A DNA stretch of 38,874 bases, from positions 1-38,874 of the forward strand of contig JYFJ02003681.1 of the NCBI GenBank assembly GCA_000934665.2, written 5' to 3'. A program made the translations under genes and the position numbers. The stretch comes from Catajapyx aquilonaris (taxonomy: Eukaryota). Positions 11,701-22,000 of this stretch are shown piece by piece (the first letter of the stretch is position 1; the number at the start of each line of letters is the position of its first letter). The notes under the pieces are model-generated. The model had not been told where the DNA came from. It saw nothing but the letters and a program-made list of their open reading frames with translations, and searched no databases.

Positions 11701-13612
11701 AGAAGCACCAGGCAGTACCGAAGCTGCAACATTGTCGCAACAAGGATACTCAGTCCAAAGTACCTACGGATATTCGTCATATCAGTACGACCATCGCCTT
11801 CCATCGAGAAACTACAGCTGCGGCGTGCCGGTAAGTTCAACTTGTCATTTCAGCAATGTTGTAATTGTGATTACAAGAGAAAAGAATAGCAGCAACGACT
11901 ATTGTTTCCGTCCAATTAGAAGGACTCATAAGCGAGGTCAGAATGGACTGTCCAACTCATTCTTTCACTGCTTGCACGATAGATAACACCCTGCCGAACA
12001 ATCGAAAAACAATTGAGCTGTTTGTGTATTCTGGATGTACCTTCAAAACTGTACGCCAAAGCTCCTAACAACCATTGGGATTTACTAATGGCCTGTTGAC
12101 GTCAACCATGCGAACTAACGACCTCACATCACCTGTAGCTCAGACCTAATGACACTAACAGGCCCTTTTATCAAAACACAATAAACGATTATCTTAACCC
12201 AAATGATGCGGCTGATAATATTACTGATAATTAAAAGCTAATTTGCATTAAGTGGAAGAAAATGGAGGCGGCCATCTTCTCTAAAGACTGATGGGGGGGG
12301 GGGTTAATTTTTAACCGAAATTGGAGCGTGATTCGAGTAGACTTTTTCTCCCGTTGCCAAGGAACCGCCTGTTGACGTGCCCTTTGCGGATATATTAACC
12401 CGGAAAACCGGAAGTGGCCGGTCACCGGAAGTTATCCGAAAACCGTTTGTTGCTATCTCTTGATGTTTAGTCCACAGACAGACGGACGGACGGACAGAGC
12501 CGTTTTGATTATATGTAAAAAGTGGAAAGCAAATAACTACAGTCCTGATCTTTAAAACTTTTGTATGAAGTCATACTAAACCAGTCCCATTTTGCATTTA
12601 AATTTTGCTATTCGCATCCAATTGTAGCTCACTTTCTCTCACATTTTCCATAGTAAACAACCTGCATACCATGTACCTTGTACAGTACAATGTATATAAC
12701 TCGTCAGCATCCTCCCCCATGAGTATCATCCTGACTTTCAACCCCTCCCTCGTCGCTTTCCAGACGAGCGGTCCTTTCCGCATGGTTGCTAGTTGCTAGG
12801 TACCGCCCGCCAAATCCACCCAACTATGCGTAGTCTTCGTGTCTAAACGAGGCAAAGATGGGCAAATTCCACTCTTGTAGAGTACAGGGGTTTTATTGCA
12901 GTGCATTTCCATACGGTGTTCTGCTCACAAAGAATTTTTTTTTCTGTACGTGCAAATCAGGATGCAAGCGTCGCTGTTGCTTGATGTGACTATTCATTCG
13001 CGAAAATTTTCGTCTACCTCGGGGGTTGGGTTTATAAGTGGACGTTGGTGGAAAGAGACAAAAATGTCAATAAGTACCGAAAACGCAAACTTGCTGGGTC
13101 TCGTCATTATTCGGAACCAGTCGTGTGTATGATAGCCATTTGGGGGGGGAAATTTTCCGAGTGCAAAATGGTCCAATAAAATGTTCGTTAGAAGTTATTC
13201 CGAAAATTTAATCATACGTTTTCCTACTCTTTTTTTTGTATGTGGTTTTTGCAGTTCTATCAGGCAGAGAGTGATGGGAATGAGGTTGAATCGTTGAATC
13301 GAGATGAGGGCAATGCAGAAGGATTGCAACTTGGTACATCGACGTTCTATACGGCTGGTTGTGGCCAGGGTAGCTCGTACTATCAGGATTCTGGTTATGC
13401 CAATGGGTATTATCAGATGAGCTACGAAGGATCCTCGTATTGTCATTCGCACAGGTATGGCATCGTCTTTTACGAAATGTGTACACATATATAGGAAGAG
13501 CTGTCGTTTCAGGGTGCGACTGAAAGAAGAGCAATGGACAACAGTGACCAAAGAAGAACACATGACGTCGAAGTCACGAATTCACGACAACCAGCACTTT
13601 CAAGGACAGTGA
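8742..13612 (+). CDS. RFX4: Regulatory factor X4 (RFX winged-helix transcription factor), multi-exon
   Basis: Phase-consistent GT-AG exons: 8742-8781 (start tentative), 9668-9933, 9999-10138, 10198-10231, 10287-10610, 10664-10778, 10844-11050, 11108-11473, 11528-11635, 11703-11830, 13255-13454, 13513-13612 (last exons tentative). The [19 protein letters not shown]...[35 protein letters not shown] and the dimerisation region [13 protein letters not shown]...[25 protein letters not shown] closely match vertebrate RFX4 as I recall it. Confidence 0.93.
9054..9066 (-). promoter_or_regulatory. X-box (RFX binding site) in RFX4 intron 1
   Basis: Plus GTTGCCAGGAGAC equals minus GTCTCC-T-GGCAAC, fitting the X-box consensus RYYNYY-N1-3-RRNRAC with a perfect GGCAAC half-site. 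Confidence 0.5.
12227..12512 (+). mobile_element. DINE-1/HINE-like (Helentron-associated) non-autonomous element in an RFX4 intron
   Basis: Subterminal inverted repeat ATAATTAAAA (12227) / TTTTGATTAT (about 12503), with a GACA/GACG microsatellite (12474-12497) just before the 3' sub-TIR. This is the typical layout. Confidence 0.5.
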
Positions 13613-14063
13613 GACAAGTCAGACACTAACCTCCTACTAATACGAAAAAGTGGTAAAAACTGCATACTCTTTGGTAACATTGTGATAGTCACTTATTTTC
13701 ACGAAGTACCCCCCATACATGTGTCCGTCTAGCAAAATCATCCGTCCGTTTGTGTCTTCCCAGAACAGTGCCAAAAGGTCGAAATAGCCCCGATTATGGC
13801 TTCCAAAAAAAATCTGCGTCCATCAACTGGCTTCGTCAGAGTTTGATAGTGAATCAGTTGGCACGTAATTTTTGCATTCATGTCAGGTGTAGATCATGTC
13901 AGAAAGTGTGGTGTGACGTATTGTAATGTGCTGCTTTGTTAGGCAGAAGAAACAGGTTTTGTGTACCGTCCATTTTATCCGTCCGAATAAGAGAAAAATA
14001 AACCAAGTTCCTGATGATTATTTCGTTCATATACATTAATTGGAAAAACCAGTGTGTCCCAGG

Positions 14064-14174
14064 CAGGGATGGAAAAAGAACCGCTTCTTTGGGCGGTAAG
14101 CGGTTCTTTTTCTATCCCTGCACATGGAAAAAAGAAGCGCTTCTTGGAAGGAAGCGGTACTTTTTCCATCCCTG
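14064..14174. mobile_element. 111-bp hAT-type MITE with 8-bp TSD
   Basis: TIR CAGGGATGGAAAAAGAACCGCTT ... AAGCGGTACTTTTTCCATCCCTG. Perfect TSD GTCCCAGG at 14056-14063 and 14175-14182. Internally two tandem hairpins. Confidence 0.88.
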
Positions 14175-14243
14175 GTCCCAGGATATGCGAATAAATAAGT
14201 AAGGTAAATAAAAGTAAAGAAGTAAGTATATGCTTTGTGCACA

Positions 14244-14249
14244 TTTATT
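14244..14249 (-). terminator. Candidate polyadenylation signal of DNAAF5
   Basis: AATAAA on the minus strand about 90 nt downstream of the stop codon. Confidence 0.45.
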
Positions 14250-14337
14250 ATGTGAAGAACATGACTGAGAAGACCAAAACTGTAATACAAAAGTTCAGTG
14301 TGACAGAATTTATCTTCAAAATGTCGCTTGCATAATC

Positions 14338-17222
14338 TTAACCGTTGATTGCCACACCCTGGAAGTGATGGATGAGGTCATCACAGGGTTTTGGGTGACG
14401 ATGCTTGTGACGAACCTCATTCACCTGTCGCAGCAGAAGACTCGGATCCTTCTTACCCACCTCTTTCAGCACTTCTGCAATAATAAAACAGTCTTTGTAA
14501 TAAAGTGATGTCAATCATAAGCCACATATAAACTGACCCAGAATAGAATTTTGCACTGTTGAGTCTGGATCATCCAGATGGACCAAGCAAGTGTTGATGA
14601 CAGCTTCCAAGTGCGCTTTGTACAGGGAACTGTCGTACTTCTCAGGCAGACTTTGGAAGAGGCTGGTCAAAGCAGTGGCTGCTGCAAGCCTGACTTCATC
14701 ATCAGCGTCATCCAGCCTCTTGAGCAGGTCTGGACAAGCCTTGTGCAGCTTGTCCACATCCACCTGCTTTCCAACAGTGTTCAGCAAAGATTTGAGCACC
14801 TTGCAGGACACCAGCCTGGTTTTCTTGGAATCGTCTGACATCAAACAGGTCACATGGGGCAGGAGAATCTGTGCTCCAGGACTTCCCAGAGACTGGTGGT
14901 GCTTACGAAGAATGGACCAAAGGCAGCATATGGATGCTGTGCGGATGGACTGGGCAGTCAGACCAGCCTTCCACACCAGGTTAGGGACAACCACATCTGC
15001 ATGAAGATATTATCAAAGAGGTTTCAAATTATTCTAACAATACATACCTTTGATTAAGGTGTCGGCATGTTCATGAAGCAACTCCCTGTTCCTTTCCTGT
15101 AGCTTTTCCTGTCCCTTCTCCGCATCAGGCTCTGCCGAATATGTTTCGCCAAGTAGAATCAACAGTCGCACCCTAATCTGCGGGTCGCTCTCAACCCTTC
15201 CACAGCTGACCAGCAGTGGTATGGTCTGGTCAGTGATCCCTAACCCTCCAACTTCCTTCAAATAGGCTAGGAAGATCATCCACTCGTAAGCAGTGGCAGT
15301 CCAAACTTCCACATTGGCAGAGATGGACTTGACCAGTACTGGCCCATATCTGCACAGAAGGTGTTCCCAAGACATCCCATTCTCCTGGGCCAGTCGTTTC
15401 AGGACTGACAGCGATTCTTCCTTTATGGCATCCGTGGCAGACAACCCCAGGACACTCATTCCCACCAGAAACACACGCTCGGTTACAGTGTCCTTATCGC
15501 AGGCTGCTGTCATCAAGGCAGCACAGCATTCCAGGAGTGCCTTCTGGTCCAAAACCTGCAGAAGGCACATGTTACTATGGTTTACAGTGTGTTGTAAGTA
15601 AATTCTGCTCACCTTAAAAACCCGACAGATATCATCATCAGAAATTGCGTTTGCAACTTTCCCAATCACCTCTCCGTCTCGTTTGTCCTCACTCCTGCAT
15701 GCCATCCCCCTGAGAAGCGCTGCAATGGTCCTCAGGTGTCCACCAACCGCGTGTCCAGCACAAGAAAGCTGTCCCAACGTGACTCCACACCATGCCTTCC
15801 CATGCACAAACCTTCCGATCTCCTGGGCCGCCATGGCCACATATTTGGTCACCTCCTCCTCCTCTTCGCGCCTTCCTTCGCCCAGGGTTGACCCCAGACA
15901 CTTGCACATCCCAGCCACGCACTGCTCCGCATATTGAGTCACATTCCTCTCGGCGTACACCACCAGAGTGTACAACAGTTTGGCCGACTTGATCCGAGTT
16001 TCGGGACACCAGTCGCACAAGTCCCTCATCAGCGGTGGTACAATTTTGCCCAGGTTTCGGTAAGCAAGAGCTCTGCACCCGTGGTTGTTGTCGGGGCTTA
16101 CTGCATCTTGGGTTCCAGAAGGTAAGGCGTAGTCAATCTCATCCTTGAAGTCGTTTTCATTTTCCTTTGAGTATTGTCGTCCAGCAGCCAACCAGAGAGA
16201 CTTGGCCTCCTCACGTATTTCGGGCGACTCATCAGTCAAGCTGCAATAATTAAGAGTTATTCTAAGCCCAGAAACACCACACCCAACTAACTAACCATGT
16301 GAGAAGAAGAGGCATAATCCGATGAAAGTGCGAGTATCTGTCTTTCAACCTGAGCAGCCATCCTCCAGCCACCTTGGCCACCTCCATCCTAACAGAAGGA
16401 TGTCTGTCGAAGAGCCTTTGTGCCAGGTGCAATACCACGTCCTGTAGTGGCTTCCCGGTACCGAACTCCAGAACCAATCCGAGGGTCTTGATGCAGACCA
16501 CCCTGACCCGGTGGTGCTGGTGGCTCATGGACTTGAGGAGAGAATTCACCATCATGTCACACTCCTGATGGAAGTTGGCAGGACAGGTCTTGTAGAAGTG
16601 GAAGGCGATGAAGCAGCAGGACTTCCTCACGTCCGGGTACGGGTCCCTGAGGCCAGAGCACAGCATGCTGATCACTTCTTTGGCGTAAGGAGACATCTTG
16701 GCACCGCCCACACACACGAGACATTCAAGCAGTTTGTACAGCTGGAGACGGACCTCCTCGGATGGGTCCAAGGAACTCTTGTTGTCTCCGCCTGTCTGTT
16801 GGGTGAATACATACGTCAGAAGAGGGAACATTCGTGGAAGTAGATGAACTTACCAGGCGTTTGGACAAGGCTGGAATGAGGTATGGTAGCTTGTTCTGGA
16901 TGTCTTCCTCGGAAAGTGTGGGCATATGCTGGGTGAGAATGTCGGTTGCGACGGAGCGACACTTCTCGACAGGGTCGTGCAAGCATCGGAGCAGATGGGG
17001 GAAAACAATGCTGAACAAGGGTTCGTCAGTTTCCTTGTTATTGTCACCCGTGTCGCCATGACTAATATCGGAAGGGCGACCATCCGACGTAGACGGCGCC
17101 TTCTCCTTCTTCAGGCAGTCTCTGAGGACGTCGATGGCGCGTCTCTTCTCCCCGCTATTGCCGCACGATAGTATGTTGAGGCACCGGTCCACGTTCATTT
17201 TATCCGGTTCCATCTTGGCCAT
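14338..17222 (-). CDS. DNAAF5: Dynein axonemal assembly factor 5 (HEAT repeat-containing protein 2)
   Basis: Six phase-consistent exons: 17222-16854, 16795-16296, 16240-15613, 15555-15048, 14996-14538, 14474-14338, totalling 2601 nt (866 aa plus TAA). HEAT-repeat motifs typical of HEATR2: LLRCLHDPVEKCR, DPSEEVRLQL, LRDPYPDVRK, SHQHHRVRV, LAQRLFD, WLLRLKDRYSHF, PNLVWKAG, LLKRLDD, LVHLDDPD, VRHKHRHP..CDDL. Confidence 0.93.
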
Positions 17223-17244
17223 CGTACTTCCTTCGAACTGACTT

Positions 17245-17282
17245 GTAAACAGCGGCACCGGCGTCATGGGCAACCATCAACA
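17245..17282. promoter_or_regulatory. X-box flanked by forkhead motifs at the DNAAF5 proximal promoter
   Basis: GTAAACA (17245-17251), GGCGTC-ATG-GGCAAC (17260-17274, one mismatch to consensus) and ATCAACA (17276-17282), all within 60 nt of the ATG. Confidence 0.55.
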
Positions 17283-18397
17283 ATCAATGGCTCTCTGTTG
17301 GATCAATAACCAGAACTGTGCTTTTTAAAAAATACTCGAGCTAGTTTTTGTAAAATATTATCGTATATAATAAAAGCTGTTGGTCAATGTACTGTACTAC
17401 TGTAAAGTGCAGTACCACTGTGCCAGTAATGTCAACAGCCACGTGCCAGAATTTTCCATGAAAACTTGCTTGATGAGTCATGAATAGTATGTGCCGGATA
17501 TGTGCAGTTATGGTACAGTACAGTAGCCTCTGTGTGTTGTAATTAACGTGTTGTCATGCAATATATTAATTAGCTTGAAACGTGTCTGGATCTGGACTCG
17601 ACCCTGGTAATTTGATGCGAGACTTGATAATTCTAAGCCAGAAAAGGATGCAGAATATAGGACGAGGAACGCACTTTCACATTATTTATTATGCTGAGGA
17701 TTAGTTTTCCTGTAACAACAGACACTTGGCCATTGTAATGCAGAGCATGTTTGGCAATTGTCCCGGATTTATTCAGGACATGTTAAATAGCATCAAGATA
17801 GCATACATTGATGGAACCGTGAAACCTGTAAACTACTTTGCGCGGGATTTTCGAAAAAATTTCCCATATAGTTAAACATGTTTTATAAGGATACGTAACA
17901 TATGGATCCATACACCCACCAGGTTTCACCAGCTGGCCGCGCGCCCTAATTAATCCAGATGGCTCGGCATATAGTGACAATGGGACACGTCATCATTCGC
18001 GAAGGTAAAGAAGCTAAGGCGAACCTCTTGTTGGGTGTGGGCGGTCTGGGGGAGGTGTCACATGATCGAGGGATTTTCCCCGCTGGTAGGATTCCTACGC
18101 AGTGATAGGAAGCAATATGCAGCAGGCATGCAACTGAACAAAAGATTTGCGCACTTTGCCCGGCATTGAAGCAATATCGTCCGACAGTGGAGCACGTATA
18201 GTCAAAGTCATGACGTAGTTTGCTCAACTGCACGGTAAGTTTGGCACGTAAGTTCGTTTCCAGCCGCCTTCTTCTTTATCATATAGAAGCTCAACAACCC
18301 CGGGAAGATGAGCGTAAATGCTTATCATACCTGGGTTGTTCTGATTGTGTTATCTACACTGTGCGATGTGACATGTTGTCGAGTACCTTTCATCGTG

Positions 18398-18597
18398 CAG
18401 GGTGGAATTTTCGTCTGCTAACCGTGCTACTAACTTACGCACTACCACTGCCAACAACATGATAACATTGGTACCACTTGGTACCAAGGTACTGTTATTG
18501 GTACTGGAGCAGTACCCGCAGTACTCGGGCAGTACCAATGTTGGCAGTGGTAGTGCTAAGTTAGCAGTAACTAGCAGTGGGACGAAATTCCACCCTA
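18398..18597. mobile_element. MITE in the divergent intergenic region
   Basis: CAGGGTGGAATTTTCGTC ... GACGAAATTCCACCCTA, plus inner arms CTAACTTACGCACTACCACTGCCAACA / TGTTGGCAGTGGTAGTGCTAAGTTAG. No clear TSD. Confidence 0.7.
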
Positions 18598-19058
18598 GAT
18601 TGGGGAATCCCCGGATAATAACTTTTTTGTAAAAATAATTTAGAAAACTTTTTTTGTAAAAATAATTTGGATAATAAAGTATGAATGAATCGTTGACGTG
18701 CATGTCCCGCCACCTGTAGGATCTAAAGAGAAAGGTTCGTCAGCCACTGGCAAGGCCCCGCCACCTCTCGGCCACAAAGCCAGTGTTTCCGGCTGGCGGG
18801 AGTGGAAGAAGGGCAATCTAATCTGTCCAGCCGGCACTGGCAGACAGCGTGGTGCTGGGAAGTGGGAATATGCCTCGCCTGTTGGAGTCTCTTGGTGGGC
18901 TGCCTCTATCCGGTTAAATCCAGGCTCGGATCGGGGGATCCAGGGAAAGTAGTCTCGCCTGCCTGGCCGGGCGGAGAAGGTCAGTTCTGGAACGGGGCTG
19001 TGGACACAGGCGGCGGCGGCGGCGGCTGCTCTTCTGATGAGGGGAGGGCGGGGGAGGC

Positions 19059-22000
19059 ATGGATTTGAATGGGAAGTTGCCAGGTAGTACATGTTCCATT
19101 CCAATGCAGAGGGTTGACGCGATGGCTGAAGCACTGCCTCCGCGACTGGACCTGAACAAGCTGCTGGAACCTTCCCTGCCGGAGCTGATGTTGTTGGACA
19201 GCCGCTATTTCCTCACGCCAGAACAGTATGTCTACTTCGTCAAGCACAAGCCTGTTTTCAAGAGGATGTATGCGGAACAGGTATGCAGACCATTGTTTTC
19301 TGACTTAACGACGTGTCTGGGGCACCAAATGTATCGGCGAAAAATTGTTTCTTTCGAGTCACTTTATAATTTCGCAGAAAAACGCGCACTTATTTCATTT
19401 ACACCCTATATACAGTAGAGTATTGTTGGTCTCCGCACACCCCGCAGTACTCTAACTGTTGTTAAATACCCAACGTGTACTCCTGTTCTTGCCAAAATAA
19501 GGGAAGGAGACCTCAGAACCCGATGGCCCTCAACCTGGAACCTCCCATTAATCAATGTTTCAAATATTTGACATTAAAACAGCAATATTAGTACTGCCTT
19601 TGGGAAATTTTGGAACCCATCTTATTTGCTTAATTATAATTTTTTCTCTTTTTATGCTGATTCAGTTTACCCTGTGTTTTGCTGGAACCAATTAGTGGAG
19701 TAAAACTGATACTTTCTGTACATTAAAACCAGTCTGTGAACAGCTCACTCTTATTATACAGGGTGATCCAACTCTATGGCACCAACAGTTATTGGAAAAA
19801 TCAGCAAGCTGCTTGTTTATAAGCAGGTCGTTGCTAAGAGATCAATAAGAGATACTTTCTGGAGAATTGGGAATAGCACCTGCTGATATTAGGTCCAATG
19901 CCCATGTAACAATATTAATGAGGGAAAAAAGGGTCATCCGTGGGAAACAGGCCTGTTCTGGTGTTCGCTGGAGGGTTTCACATGAGGTCACTAGCTGCCA
20001 AACCAGAGGCCCAATCCGTCGGAACTGGACAGACCCGGGTGTGTCAATAAATAGGCCTTCTGGTCTGTTCATTGTTGGCCGCAGTTGGCGCAACTGAGAC
20101 AGGTCAACAGGCAGCGTTGTTTAGTTACCAGTCTTAGCACCTGCTGATATTAGGTCCAATGCCCGTACATGTACCAATTAATGAGAGAATGCCCAATGCA
20201 GACTGTACTGTTAGAACCCTAGAAGCCCTTGGGCGGCCCTCAAACAGGCCCCCTGAGTAAGGCATGTCCTGGTCCTGACTCTACAAGAACTATTTATTTA
20301 CTGGTAACTAAACAACGCTGCCTGTTGACCTGTCCCAGTTGCGCCAACTGCGGCCCACAATGAACAGACCAGAAGGCCTATTTATTGACACACCCGGGTC
20401 TGTCCAGTTCCGACGGATTAGGCCTCTGGTTTGGCAGCTAGTGACCTCATGTGAAACCCTCCAGCGAACACCAGAACAGGCCTGTGTCCCACGGATGACC
20501 CTTTTTTCCCTCATTAATATTGTTACATGGGCATTGGACCTAATATCAGCAGGTGTTATTCCCGATTCTCCAGAAAGTATCTCGTATTGATCTCTTAGCA
20601 ACGACCTGCTTATAAACAAGCAGCTTGCTGATTTTTCCAATAACTGTTGGTGCCATAGAGTTGGATCACCCTGTATATGGTATCTAGTATCATTTTCTGA
20701 TCATCTGGCAACACCCGTGCAATCATTATCCTGGATAATAATCGGGAGTACAGTGTATTTGTGTTACTTCCATAGTGGGTCACATTTTGAGAATGTAACT
20801 GCTGCTGTCAAAATTGGTCAAAATTATGAAGAGATACAGCACTTCGCATATTTTCAGGGCGAACATTTGTGGGTTCCTCTAGTGCTGTCCTATCGGCACA
20901 ATTTCTCGACTGCAGACTGCCTCACCAAATTAGTTACTTCAGTTGCTTATCCTTTTGATTCCATTTATGCTAACCTGTTGGAAAAGATGCTGGAGCGAAA
21001 GTAAGTAATAATTAGCTGGAAAGTAATGGCAGGTTGCTAATATTTGTGACATTTTGTTTTCAGAGCGGAGGGGGTCATAGAATTCATGAACCACTTGAGC
21101 GTTGCAGCGCAGTACGAGAGCAACATCAATGCCAGGCAGTTCAAACGTTTGAGTATGCCTAAGGATTGCATCATAATTGTGTTATTTATGACAGTGGAAT
21201 TATCAGCAAGTATGAAATTTTTTTAATTATTGCAGAAGACAGCTTGTTTCACAAGAGAGAGACTCGCCATGCTTTTCGATTCCTGTTTGGGGAACCTTCC
21301 AGATTTCCAAGCTTAGCCTGTTTGGAAGGCTATGTAAGTGGATGAGTTCTTAAATTTTGCATAATTTATGTTGTTTGATTCTGTTACATGTGACTGCTCT
21401 TGGAATGTATTTGTACTCTTAGGTCCTTGTGACGTTCAGAATATTGATGCGTTTTGGTCGGATCATTGAGTCACTGCTCCGTCAATACCTCGCCCTTCTT
21501 GAACAAAAGTGTCCTTCAAAGATTGAGTTGGTGTGGAGTGCACCAGAAGATTGGTGTGACAAAAAGTACAAACCAATGGAGTTTGAAGTGTACCTGGTCC
21601 ATCTCTATGGGGAGAGATTGTTCTCTCTCCTACCTGTTGGAAAGGAGGCTGTAACCTGGTGGGAAACTGCAGTGAACCTTGATGTGAGTTGAATGCAATG
21701 TCGTAAGCATGGAAAATTTAGGCATAACAACTGTGTTTGCAATTTCAGATGGCAGTACAGGACAGACTGAAGCCACAGGTGAGTAATACCTTGGCTGTAA
21801 TTTCATACGTGCCAAAAGCTGGTGTAGTTGACCAAAGGCTCGTAACTAGAGGCAAGGGTTTTATTCTGTCTTGCAAGGTGGAATTTCAGCGAAGCCTGTT
21901 TATAGCTGACTCTGGGTATATTGGAAACTTGTCTGCTGCAGATAATATACAGGGTGGTTGGTAAATGGCCCAAGCTTCAGGTAGCGAGATTCCTTGTGAA

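Noticed and set aside
14578..17171. Plus-strand ORFs over DNAAF5
   Set aside because: Antisense shadows of GC-rich coding exons.
17223..17273. N-terminal extension of DNAAF5 suggested by the ORF track (MPMTPVP...)
   Set aside because: The track start is a non-ATG codon and the extension overlaps the X-box/Fox motifs. ACGATGG at 17222 has better Kozak context, though the ATG at 17267 is not excluded.
18640..19068. Overlapping ORFs upstream of the MYND gene
   Set aside because: GC-rich promoter/5' UTR with a GGC repeat; an in-frame TGA at 19038-19040 closes the main frame upstream of the ATG at 19059.
19842..20640. Pairs of near-identical ORFs on opposite strands (83 aa twins; 76 and 110 aa)
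   Set aside because: Artefact of the 374-bp inverted arms of a MITE; no transposase or other motif.
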